A program made the translations under genes and the position numbers. A stretch of 64,000 bases of DNA from Opitutia bacterium (GTDB taxonomy: Bacteria; Verrucomicrobiota; Verrucomicrobiia; Opitutales; Opitutaceae). The stretch lies in the NCBI GenBank assembly GCA_947478395.1, contig CANJVR010000001.1:608001-672000 (forward strand), given 5' to 3'. Positions 9,882-18,019 of the stretch are shown one piece after another. Each line of letters begins with the position of its first letter. Position 1 is the first letter of the stretch. Below the pieces are notes generated by a model, which saw only the letters and a list, made by a program, of their open reading frames with translations, searched no databases and was not told where the DNA came from.

Positions 9882-11264
9882 TTAGAACGCGAGTTGGAAA
9901 CGGGTGATGAAGGATTTTTCGTCCTGACGGAGGATTTGCGTCGTGGGGATCGCCGGTGCGCCGGGCGCGAAACCGAATCTTGCCTGGTAGTAGTCGATCT
10001 TGAAATGGACGGCTTTGCTCAGGTACCAGTTGAGCCCGAGGCCGAAGGCCTTGGCTTCGTCCGCGCTGGTCGCGGCGGACGCAAAAACGGGGAACGCCGC
10101 GTCATCAACTTTGAGGTTCGAATAGCGGCCAACGACCTCGAACGCGCCCCATGTGCCGGCGGCGAGATCGAAGTTAGTACGTGGCACGACGCCCGCGTAA
10201 CTCGAATCTTCGCCCGTGAGCACGTAACCGGCGGCGAGCTGCCAGGCTTTGTTCTGGAGCTCGGTCTTGGGACCGGTGGCGGTGGTGCGAACATTGATCG
10301 TGGAGACGACGTATTCGCCGAGCACGCCGATGGAGCCGAGGCGATAATCGAGCTGCGGCGAGATGCGCCAGTTCTGGCCATCGGCCACGGTCGCCGCCAA
10401 GTAGCTGAAGAACGTCTGCTGGCCATCGGTACGGTAGCCACCGGTGCGGCCGGCGGCGGTTTTTTCCCGGCCGATGCTGCCGGAGACGCCGAAGGAAAGG
10501 CCCTGCAACGGCGAACCGGCGCGGGCCTTGAACGGCGAGGCGATCAGGCGCGCGACCGCGTCTTTATCGTTGTCGAAATCGGCGTTGTTCGAGGTACCGC
10601 CGTCGCCCAAACCTCCGAAGACACCGATCGTGTAGTTGAGCGTGCCATCAAGAATATCGCCGGACGCTTGCACGCCGAGGTCACGATTCGGCACGAGATT
10701 GGTGACGATGGAACGCTCATTGAAGAACGTCCACGTGTCCGACTGGAGGAGTTCCAGCCCGACCGGCGATTTGAATTTTCCGAACTTGAGCGAGAGCCAC
10801 TTGTTGACCGCGATGCCGAAGTTGGCGTCGAGGATGCTAACAGCGCTGCCACCGAATTCGGGCACGAGCTGGAACGAAAAGTTTTTCGCGAAGACGCCCT
10901 CCGTGATGAGGCGCGCGCGACGCAGAATGAAGGCGTTGTTCACGATACCGCCGCCGTCCCGGAAGAAGAGCCGGTTGTCGAGCTGAATGAGTCCGCGCAG
11001 TTTGATGGAGTTGGCCGAGTCGGCCGACGCGAGGGTGAAGCCCTTATCGTTGATCGTGATCTTCGGCGTAGTCGGCGCCGCGGCGGCCGCGGCCTCCTCC
11101 TTGATCTCGATTTTACGGGCGAGCACCTTGAGCTGTTGCTCGAGGGCCTGGACTTGGGCGCGCAGCGCCTGCAGGTCGGTGTTGTCGGCCGATGCGGCGG
11201 GCAGCGTCGCGGTGAAAAACGCCGCGGATAAAACCGCCGCGCTGAATTTGAAGGGATTCCTCAT
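9882..11264 (-). CDS. OprO/OprP-family anion-selective porin
   Basis: Signal peptide, coiled-coil N-terminus, LRRARL, GKFKSPVGLE, PNRDLG, GLNWY, terminal RFQLAF. Start set at MRNPFKF. Confidence 0.85.
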   Translation of the reverse strand: MRNPFKFSAAVLSAAFFTATLPAASADNTDLQALRAQVQALEQQLKVLARKIEIKEEAAAAAAPTTPKITINDKGFTLASADSANSIKLRGLIQLDNRLFFRDGGGIVNNAFILRRARLITEGVFAKNFSFQLVPEFGGSAVSILDANFGIAVNKWLSLKFGKFKSPVGLELLQSDTWTFFNERSIVTNLVPNRDLGVQASGDILDGTLNYTIGVFGGLGDGGTSNNADFDNDKDAVARLIASPFKARAGSPLQGLSFGVSGSIGREKTAAGRTGGYRTDGQQTFFSYLAATVADGQNWRISPQLDYRLGSIGVLGEYVVSTINVRTTATGPKTELQNKAWQLAAGYVLTGEDSSYAGVVPRTNFDLAAGTWGAFEVVGRYSNLKVDDAAFPVFASAATSADEAKAFGLGLNWYLSKAVHFKIDYYQARFGFAPGAPAIPTTQILRQDEKSFITRFQLAF

Positions 11265-11375
11265 GGGACTGGTGGGGTGGTTGTTTCGCGCGGGTCGCCC
11301 GTGGACGGGTCGGCCGGCGCAAGGTCGGGGCTGGTTGATCATGAGGCCACCGGCTGGTGCCGGTAGGCAGAAATT

Positions 11376-11576
11376 TTATCCGGGCGCCTGAGCGTCGCGG
11401 CTATTCGTGAGGCGGGTTTTCTCGGTGCGCTCGATCTGCGTGACGCGTCCGTCGTGCACGACGAGCTGGACCACGCCGTAACGGAGGCCCTCGACTTTTT
11501 CGCGCACCAGGGCGACCCATTCGGGCAGAGGCGAGTGAGCGGAAACGGAATTGGAGTCGATCGTCGTGGTGGGCAT
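11376..11576 (-). CDS. YezD/DUF2292 family small protein
   Basis: LRYGVVQLVVHDGRVTQIERTEKTR signature; sulfur-operon context. Confidence 0.85.
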   Translation of the reverse strand: MPTTTIDSNSVSAHSPLPEWVALVREKVEGLRYGVVQLVVHDGRVTQIERTEKTRLTNSRDAQAPG

Positions 11577-11600
11577 GACGGGGAAACAAAATGAGCGGTT

Positions 11601-12203
11601 TTAAATGATGTAATCGCCCAACAATTGATGAATCACGCCGTCGGTTTCATCGAGCCGGCGGCGACCGCCGCTGGAGCGGGCCAATTTGCGGGCATGGCCA
11701 GCCGGGACCCGAACACTTGCGGGAGCGGCCTCGGCTTCGGGAGAAAACGGCAGGGGAAGATTGTCGCGCCGGAGCTTCCGCAGCGTGACCTCGACGACGT
11801 CGGCCAGCGTGTAGCGGTCGAGGATGCCGGCGATGGCGTTACGGACATCGAGCATGAGCATGCGCAAGCCGCAGTGCACCTCATCCGGGCAGGTGCACTT
11901 CTCGTAAGCGCTCTGGCTAACGCAGCCGATGGGCGCGAGCGGACCATCGATCAACCGCACGACCTCGCCGATGGTGATCTTTCGGGCGGGCTTGGCTAAA
12001 CGGTAGCCGCCAAATTTGCCACGAACGCTCATCACCAGACCCGCCTCCTTCAGCGCCTGCATGATTTGCTCGAGGAACTTGATCGGCAATTGCTCGCTTT
12101 CCGCGAGTTCGGTCACCTGTACCAACCGTCGCCCCACCTCTGCGGCAATGCCGAGGTTGATCAAGGAGCGGAGAGCGTATTCGCCTTTCTTGGAGAGCTT
12201 CAT
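11601..12203 (-). CDS. Rrf2 family transcriptional regulator
   Basis: MKLSKKGEYALR, FLEQI, SVRGKFGGYRLA, IDGPLAPIGC plus a Cys cluster. Confidence 0.93.
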   Translation of the reverse strand: MKLSKKGEYALRSLINLGIAAEVGRRLVQVTELAESEQLPIKFLEQIMQALKEAGLVMSVRGKFGGYRLAKPARKITIGEVVRLIDGPLAPIGCVSQSAYEKCTCPDEVHCGLRMLMLDVRNAIAGILDRYTLADVVEVTLRKLRRDNLPLPFSPEAEAAPASVRVPAGHARKLARSSGGRRRLDETDGVIHQLLGDYII

Positions 12204-12206
12204 TTG

Positions 12207-12242
12207 CCGACTGTTTTAAAATACATTGGTTCAGTAGGGATT
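12207..12242 (-). promoter_or_regulatory. Candidate Rrf2 operator/promoter
   Basis: AT-rich segment bounded by the imperfect inverted repeat CCGACTG...CAGTAGG, directly upstream of the rrf2 start. Confidence 0.35.
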
Positions 12243-12286
12243 AAAGCAAGCGCGGATTTTGATTTTTTTAGAACCCACAGATCAAG

Positions 12287-12351
12287 TAGGAGCACGCCCG
12301 CCCTCGTCCGCACCCGAATCGATCATGCGGCCGAGGGCGGCCGCACTCCCA
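12287..12351. repeat. REP-like doublet, family B (GGGAGCGCGGCCGCCCTCGGCCGC type)
   Basis: Imperfect inverted pair; a related copy lies at 28462-28522. Confidence 0.7.
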
Positions 12352-12359
12352 GCGGAAAC

Positions 12360-13139
12360 CTACAATTTCACCCGCAGTCCGTCATACGCCGGCTCGATGC
12401 CGGCCGGCATCGCGGCCGCGAGTTCAGCGTGATCGTTAAGGTGCGTGAGATGCGTGAGCAACGTCCGCGGAGCAGCGATCTCCCCGGCGACCGCAATCGC
12501 CTCGGGAATGCTCATGTGCGAGGGGTGCGGAAGCGGTCGCAGTCCGTCGAGCACGACCAGATCGGCGCCGCGGGCCAGCTCGACGCCTTCGCGTGGGACG
12601 CGTTTGCAGTCGGTATAGTAAACCAGTTTTTTGCCGCTGCTGCGTTCGGTGAAAATCAGACCCAGCGTGTTTACTCCGCCGTGAGGCAGCAGCGTGGATT
12701 GAATCGTCCCCTGTGGCAGTTCGAGGGCCGACGGCATGATCAACAATTTGAACGCCGGGTAACCTTTCACGACCGGCCGCTCCATGATGGCGTAAGGATA
12801 AATCGCGAGCACCCGCCCGATGCCTTCGTCGGTCGAATAGACCGTCAACCCGTCTCCCCCGCGCAGATCGCAGAAGCGCCGCAGGTCGTCCATGCCGGTG
12901 ACGTGATCCGTGTGCCCGTGAGTTAGGATGAAAAAATCCAGTTCGCGGATATTCTCCCGCAGGCACTGGAGGCGAAATTCCTGCGCGGCGTCGACCTGGA
13001 TATGCAGCCCGTCCATCACCACATGGACCGACGCCCGCGTGCGCCGATTGCGCGGGTCGGCCGACGTGCAGACGGCGCAGTCACAGGCAATCATGGGAAC
13101 GCCCTGGGAAGTACCGGTGCCGAGGAAAATGATTTCCAT
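12360..13139 (-). CDS. MBL-fold metallo-hydrolase, PhnP/YycJ-like
   Basis: FLGTGTSQGVP, CDCAVC, THGHTDH, YYTDC, SHM and THLTH motifs. Confidence 0.9.
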   Translation of the reverse strand: MEIIFLGTGTSQGVPMIACDCAVCTSADPRNRRTRASVHVVMDGLHIQVDAAQEFRLQCLRENIRELDFFILTHGHTDHVTGMDDLRRFCDLRGGDGLTVYSTDEGIGRVLAIYPYAIMERPVVKGYPAFKLLIMPSALELPQGTIQSTLLPHGGVNTLGLIFTERSSGKKLVYYTDCKRVPREGVELARGADLVVLDGLRPLPHPSHMSIPEAIAVAGEIAAPRTLLTHLTHLNDHAELAAAMPAGIEPAYDGLRVKL

Positions 13140-13197
13140 GTGAACCGCTCACAAAGAAACGAAAAAATCACCCGCATCCAGCCTGCATCCCATCAAA

Positions 13198-15414
13198 CTA
13201 CTCCTTGCTCTGTAGCCGCCCCAGAAATTCCGCCTCGTTCATGACCGACACGCCGAGCGCTGCGGCTGTTTCGCGCTTTTTCCCGCTGCCCTCTCCCGCC
13301 AGCAAGACGTAGGTTTTCCGCGTAAGCTTTCCGACCACCCGGCCACCAGCCGCGGTAATTTCTCCCGTCGCCTGAGCGCGACTCAGATGCGGCAGCACCC
13401 CGGTGATAACAAACGCTTTTCCGGCAAAGATGGACGACCTGGGCGTTACCGCTCCCCCTCCCAACGTTGAGGAATGACCCAAGCCGGCGGCTAGCAAATC
13501 CGCTATCACGGTAGCGTTTGAATGATCGGCAAAATAGGCGACGACCGCCGCGGCCGTGGCCGCGGTAAAGTTGGCGGCGATCAAATCGTCGATATCCGCC
13601 TCCATCAAAACGTCCAAGCGGCCAAACTGTCTCGCCAATTCACGGCTGGTGACAAGGCCGACCCGGGAAATTCCCACGCCGTAAATCACCCGCCAAAGTT
13701 CCGCGTGCCGGCTCCGATCGATAGCGGCGAGCGTACGTTGCGCCGTCCGCAACTTTCCGGAATCACTCGCCGCGAAATCCTCCGGTTTGAGGTGATACAA
13801 GTCGGCGAACGACTTGACCCGACCGCGTTCGACCAAACTTGCAATGGCGGCTGGCCCAAGCCCCTCGATGTCCATGGCTTCATTGGACGCGAAGTGCTGC
13901 AACCGGCGTTGAAGTTGCGCCGGGCAGTCTGGGTTCGCACACCGTATGGCGGCTTCATCCTGCTCCGCCGTGAGCACGCTTTCGCAGGCCGGGCAATTCA
14001 CCGGAAAAACAAAAGGCTGACTGCCGGGCATCCGGCGTGCGGTGTTCACGCCCACAACCGCGGGAACGATCTCACCCGCTTTTTCCACGAAAATAAAATC
14101 CCCGATGCGGATATCGTTGCGCGCGATTTCCGCACGATTGTGCAATGTCGCACGCATCACGATCGATCCCCCCAGCGAGATCGGCGCGAATTCCGCCACA
14201 GGCGTGAGCACGCCCGTCCGGCCGACTTGAAGCGTGATCGCCAGCAATCGGGTCTCCACGCGTTCGGCGGCATACTTGTAGGCCATCGCCCAGCGCGGAG
14301 CGTGATCACTCGCACCGAGCTTGGACCAGTCGGAGACCGAATCCAGTTTCACCACCGCTCCATCGACAGGAAACGACCAGCTCGATCGATCGCGATCGAA
14401 TGCCTGCACCGCTGCCCACATTTCGTCCGCCGTTCGCGTGACTGCGATCCGCTCCACGCCCGGCAAGCCCCACGCGCGAATCTGGTCGTGCAATGCCCGC
14501 TGGGAAATCGGCTGCGTGGCGCGCGGTTCCCATGCGCCCCACCCATAAAAAACAACCGCGATTTTTCGCTCGGCCACTTCGCGCGGATCGAGCAGTTTCA
14601 GCGTGCCCGCGGCGAGATTGCGCGGATGGGAAAAAGGCGTCTCGCCGGCGGCCTCACGCTCGTGATTGAGGCGTTCAAATTCGGCCAACGGCAGATAAAT
14701 TTCGCCGCGCAGCTCCACAATTTCGGGAATAGGATTCCGCCCGTCAGCGGTCACCGTTTTTAATTCGAGCGGGAGCTCGGGGATCGTACGGACATTGGCC
14801 GTGACATCATCGCCTTCGATGCCGTTGCCGCGGGTAACCGCGCGGACCAGTCTTCCCTTTTCATAGGTCACGCTGATGGCGAGGCCGTCGAATTTGGGTT
14901 CGATCACGAAAAGCAAATCATCCCGGTGAAGTTGATGGGCGAGCCGGGCCTGAAACGCCCGTAGCTCCACCTCGGAATAACTTTTCTCGAGACTGAGCAT
15001 TCGCTCGCGATGGCGATAGAGCGGAAATTTCCCGGTGCGATCGTCGCCCAGCGAATCGGTGGGCGACCCATTGCCGGCGTAGGCCGGATGGATTTCTTCC
15101 AGAGCCACCAGGGTCCGTTTGAGCTCATCGTAAGCAGCGTCGGTGATCTCGGGCGCGGCCTTCCGATAATAAAGTTCATCGTGATGGGCGATCTCAGCGC
15201 GAAGCCGGGCCATCCGGGTTTCGGTTTCGTCGCCGCCTTTTATCCGGCCTGCGACCGACGGTGACGGCGCGGCCGACGGAGCCTCAGTTGCATTCGCGTC
15301 GACCACGGCGCCGGCTCCCTCGCTCGAAACCAGAAAAAATGTCGCGGCAAGTGCGGCGACGCCCCGAAGATATTTAGCCTCCCGGCTAAATTGAGTACGT
15401 TGAAAAAAGTTCAT
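13198..15414 (-). CDS. ligA: NAD-dependent DNA ligase with a possible N-terminal signal peptide (alternative start at 15213)
   Basis: HDELYY..PEITDAAYD (domain Ia), EPKFDG, TRGNG, RGE, PRNLAAG, GRTG, Cys4 zinc finger, HhH and BRCT domains. Confidence 0.95.
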   Translation of the reverse strand: MNFFQRTQFSREAKYLRGVAALAATFFLVSSEGAGAVVDANATEAPSAAPSPSVAGRIKGGDETETRMARLRAEIAHHDELYYRKAAPEITDAAYDELKRTLVALEEIHPAYAGNGSPTDSLGDDRTGKFPLYRHRERMLSLEKSYSEVELRAFQARLAHQLHRDDLLFVIEPKFDGLAISVTYEKGRLVRAVTRGNGIEGDDVTANVRTIPELPLELKTVTADGRNPIPEIVELRGEIYLPLAEFERLNHEREAAGETPFSHPRNLAAGTLKLLDPREVAERKIAVVFYGWGAWEPRATQPISQRALHDQIRAWGLPGVERIAVTRTADEMWAAVQAFDRDRSSWSFPVDGAVVKLDSVSDWSKLGASDHAPRWAMAYKYAAERVETRLLAITLQVGRTGVLTPVAEFAPISLGGSIVMRATLHNRAEIARNDIRIGDFIFVEKAGEIVPAVVGVNTARRMPGSQPFVFPVNCPACESVLTAEQDEAAIRCANPDCPAQLQRRLQHFASNEAMDIEGLGPAAIASLVERGRVKSFADLYHLKPEDFAASDSGKLRTAQRTLAAIDRSRHAELWRVIYGVGISRVGLVTSRELARQFGRLDVLMEADIDDLIAANFTAATAAAVVAYFADHSNATVIADLLAAGLGHSSTLGGGAVTPRSSIFAGKAFVITGVLPHLSRAQATGEITAAGGRVVGKLTRKTYVLLAGEGSGKKRETAAALGVSVMNEAEFLGRLQSKE

Positions 15415-15722
15415 AAACTCGGAACGCGTTCACATCGCATGAGCGCAGCGGTGTGGTAGGTGCGGCGCCCGCCACCTCACGTCAAGAAACCGGGGCCCAT
15501 ATGACAGGCTCGTATGACACGCGCGATCCGGCCGGAAAATTTCCGCGATTAAAATCACTGCCGTCTGCTCGCTCAAACCGCCCAAGCAGCGACCCCGAAA
15601 AAACGCGGCCGCTCTGGGGCTCGCTAGCGAGCCGGACCTATCGAGATCTTAACTGCATCGTTCCGGCTGGATAAGGGTGCCCGCAGCGCGGGGGCGGTTG
15701 CGTCCGAGCCCCAGCGTTTTCC

Positions 15723-17339
15723 TCAACAAAGTCCCGTGATTGTCCCAGCCTCCGACACGTCGATGCGCTCAGCCGCCGGCATGCGCGGCAGCGCCGGCAT
15801 GCGCAGCATCTGGCCGGTAAGCGCGACCAGAAACCCGGCGCCATTCGCGATCTCGAAATCGCGCACCGTGATCGTGAACCCGCGCGGCCGGCCTTGTTTC
15901 TTCGGATCATCACTCAACGAGTCCTGCGTCTTGGCCATGCAGATCGGCAGACGGCCGAAACCGGCGGCGGTGAACAACGCAAGTTTCTGCTCCGCCGCCG
16001 AAGTGAACTCCACCCCGTCCGCCCCGTACATGCGCGTGGCGATCGCGTGGATTTTTTCCCGCACAGGTTGGTCGTCCGTATATAGAAAAGGCAGCGGCGG
16101 CACCAAAGCCGGCATCGCCTGCGCCACGGTTTCCGCGAGTTCGACGGCGCCCGCGCCACCCTCACCAAAGACATCCGCCGTCGCGCACCGCACGCCTTGC
16201 GCCGCGCAAAACCGATGCACGGCGGCAAGCTCGTCCGCGGTGTCGCTTTTAAATTGATTGATCGCCACCACGACCGGACGGCCGAATTGCCCGGCACTCG
16301 CGAGGTGCGCCCCAAGATTATCCAAGCCGCGCTCGACCGCGGCGACACTCGGCAACGTCAGCTCGGTCAACGGCACACCGCCGTGCATTTTCAAGGCGCG
16401 GATCGTCGCCACCAGCACAATCAAAGCCGGCGCCAATCCGCTCTGCCGACACTTCAAGTCGATGAATTTTTCGCCGCCGAGATCGAAGGCAAAACCGGCC
16501 TCGGTCACGACGAAGTCGGCGTGCGCCAGCGCGAGCCGCGTCGCGAGCACTGAATTGCAGCCGTGTGCAATATTGGCGAACGGCCCGCCGTGCACAAAAG
16601 CCGGGACCCCTTCGAGCGACTGCACGAGATTCGGCTCGATCGCATCACGGAGCACGGCGAGCAGCGCGCCCGTGACGTTAAACTCCTGCGCGAAAACCGG
16701 CTCACCGGTCCCGGTGAAACCCACCACGATCCGGTCGAGCCGCGCGCGCAGATCGGCCCGCGACGTAGCGAGACAGAGAATCGCCATCACCTCCGACGCT
16801 GCGGTGATGTCGAAGCCCGACGCTCGCTCGCTCGCCGCACCGCGTGAAATCACGATCGACCGCAGCGCCCGATCGTTGGAGTCCAGCGCGCGTTTCCAAA
16901 GGACACCCTCTGGCGCTAGCCGCGTGGATTTGAAGTGGAGGCGATTGTCGATCGCCGCCGCGAGAAGATTATGCGCCGCCGTGATCGCGTGAAAATCGCC
17001 GGTGAAATGCAGGTTGATCGACTCCGCCGGAGTGAGGCTGCTGCGCCCGCCCCCGGTGGCACTGCCCTTGCGCCCGAAGACCGGCCCCATCGACGGCTGG
17101 CGCAACGCAAGCGCGACGGAACGGCCGATTCTTTTAAGTCCCTGCGCCAGGCCGATCGACACCGTGGTTTTCCCTTCGCCCGCCGGCGTCGGCGTGATCG
17201 CCGAGACGAGCACGAGCCGCCCGCGCGGCAGCGCATCATTGAGCGCCGCGAGTGAAACCTTCGCTTTGTCGCGGCCGTAAAGGCTGAGGTGCTCCGGCTT
17301 GAGGCCGATGGTTTGGGCGACGAGGGAAATGTCGTTCAT
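15723..17339 (-). CDS. fhs: Formate--tetrahydrofolate ligase
   Basis: TPAGEGKTT, NLHFTGDFHAI, HGGPFANIAHG, TEAGF and CMAKT. Start set at MNDISL. Confidence 0.96.
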   Translation of the reverse strand: MNDISLVAQTIGLKPEHLSLYGRDKAKVSLAALNDALPRGRLVLVSAITPTPAGEGKTTVSIGLAQGLKRIGRSVALALRQPSMGPVFGRKGSATGGGRSSLTPAESINLHFTGDFHAITAAHNLLAAAIDNRLHFKSTRLAPEGVLWKRALDSNDRALRSIVISRGAASERASGFDITAASEVMAILCLATSRADLRARLDRIVVGFTGTGEPVFAQEFNVTGALLAVLRDAIEPNLVQSLEGVPAFVHGGPFANIAHGCNSVLATRLALAHADFVVTEAGFAFDLGGEKFIDLKCRQSGLAPALIVLVATIRALKMHGGVPLTELTLPSVAAVERGLDNLGAHLASAGQFGRPVVVAINQFKSDTADELAAVHRFCAAQGVRCATADVFGEGGAGAVELAETVAQAMPALVPPLPFLYTDDQPVREKIHAIATRMYGADGVEFTSAAEQKLALFTAAGFGRLPICMAKTQDSLSDDPKKQGRPRGFTITVRDFEIANGAGFLVALTGQMLRMPALPRMPAAERIDVSEAGTITGLC

Positions 17340-17397
17340 CGAAAGCGCGAAGCAGAACCCAGCTGCGCGTTCAAATCGAGGGTTATGTCCGGGGCGA

Positions 17398-17476
17398 TGT
17401 GGTGGGTGGCTCTCACCGGCCCGTCGGACCTCGCAGCTCAGCGCGTGCGAATGCGGGGGAGCCGCACGCCACCCGG
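17398..17476. repeat. Degenerate family A REP doublet, reverse orientation
   Basis: Aligns by eye with the reverse complement of 38942-39020, including parts of the spacer. Confidence 0.5.
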
Positions 17477-17541
17477 GCGTCAGAGCGCCTTCAGCGGCGG
17501 CGCTTGCAACGGCTGTTCGCTGCGTCGTTTCCGCTGGGCAC

Positions 17542-17575
17542 AAAAAAACGCCGCGAGCAAACTCGCGGCGTTTTT
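17542..17575. terminator. Intrinsic terminator of the SWIB gene, bidirectional form
   Basis: A7-CGCCGCGAG-CAAA-CTCGCGGCG-T5. Confidence 0.85.
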
Positions 17576-17601
17576 AAAAACAGTAAAAGTCTTTCCTGAA
17601 A

Positions 17602-17871
17602 TCAGGAGACGTGGCCGGAGACCAGCTTGGTCATCTCGAACATGCTGACCTTGCTCTTGCCGTTGAACACAGCCTTCATGGCGGCGTCGGCAACGATCAT
17701 CTTTTTGTCCTTCTTGTCCTGGAGACCATTCTTCTTGATGTAGTCCCAGAGCTTCTTGGTGAGTTCGGTGCGTGGGAGGGGCTTCGAGCCAACAACCGCG
17801 GCGAGGGCGGCGTCAGGCGTAACAGGTTTCATGAACGCGGCGTTCGGTTTACGAGCAGCTTTTTTAGCCAT
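17602..17871 (-). CDS. Standalone SWIB/MDM2 domain protein
   Basis: AFMKP..P..ALAAVVG..PLPRTELTKKLWDYIKKNGLQD and SMFEMTK. Confidence 0.92.
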   Translation of the reverse strand: MAKKAARKPNAAFMKPVTPDAALAAVVGSKPLPRTELTKKLWDYIKKNGLQDKKDKKMIVADAAMKAVFNGKSKVSMFEMTKLVSGHVS

Positions 17872-18019
17872 AGTGGATTTTGGTTTAGGGCGCTTTCAAG
17901 TGAAAGCGAGTCATTTGTAGAGGGAGAAAGCCGCGCTTTCCGAGGAAAATTTTTCAAAATCTTCAAATTCTCCGAGGAGAATCGCTTCCTGCCCGTCGCG
18001 GCGCGCGAACGACCGGCCG

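Noticed and set aside
9894..11231. 445-aa + strand ORF
   Set aside because: It is an antisense shadow of the porin gene.
17340..17540. Possible ZTP (pfl) or THF riboswitch upstream of fhs
   Set aside because: No consensus elements were found; the structure is explained by a degenerate family A REP.
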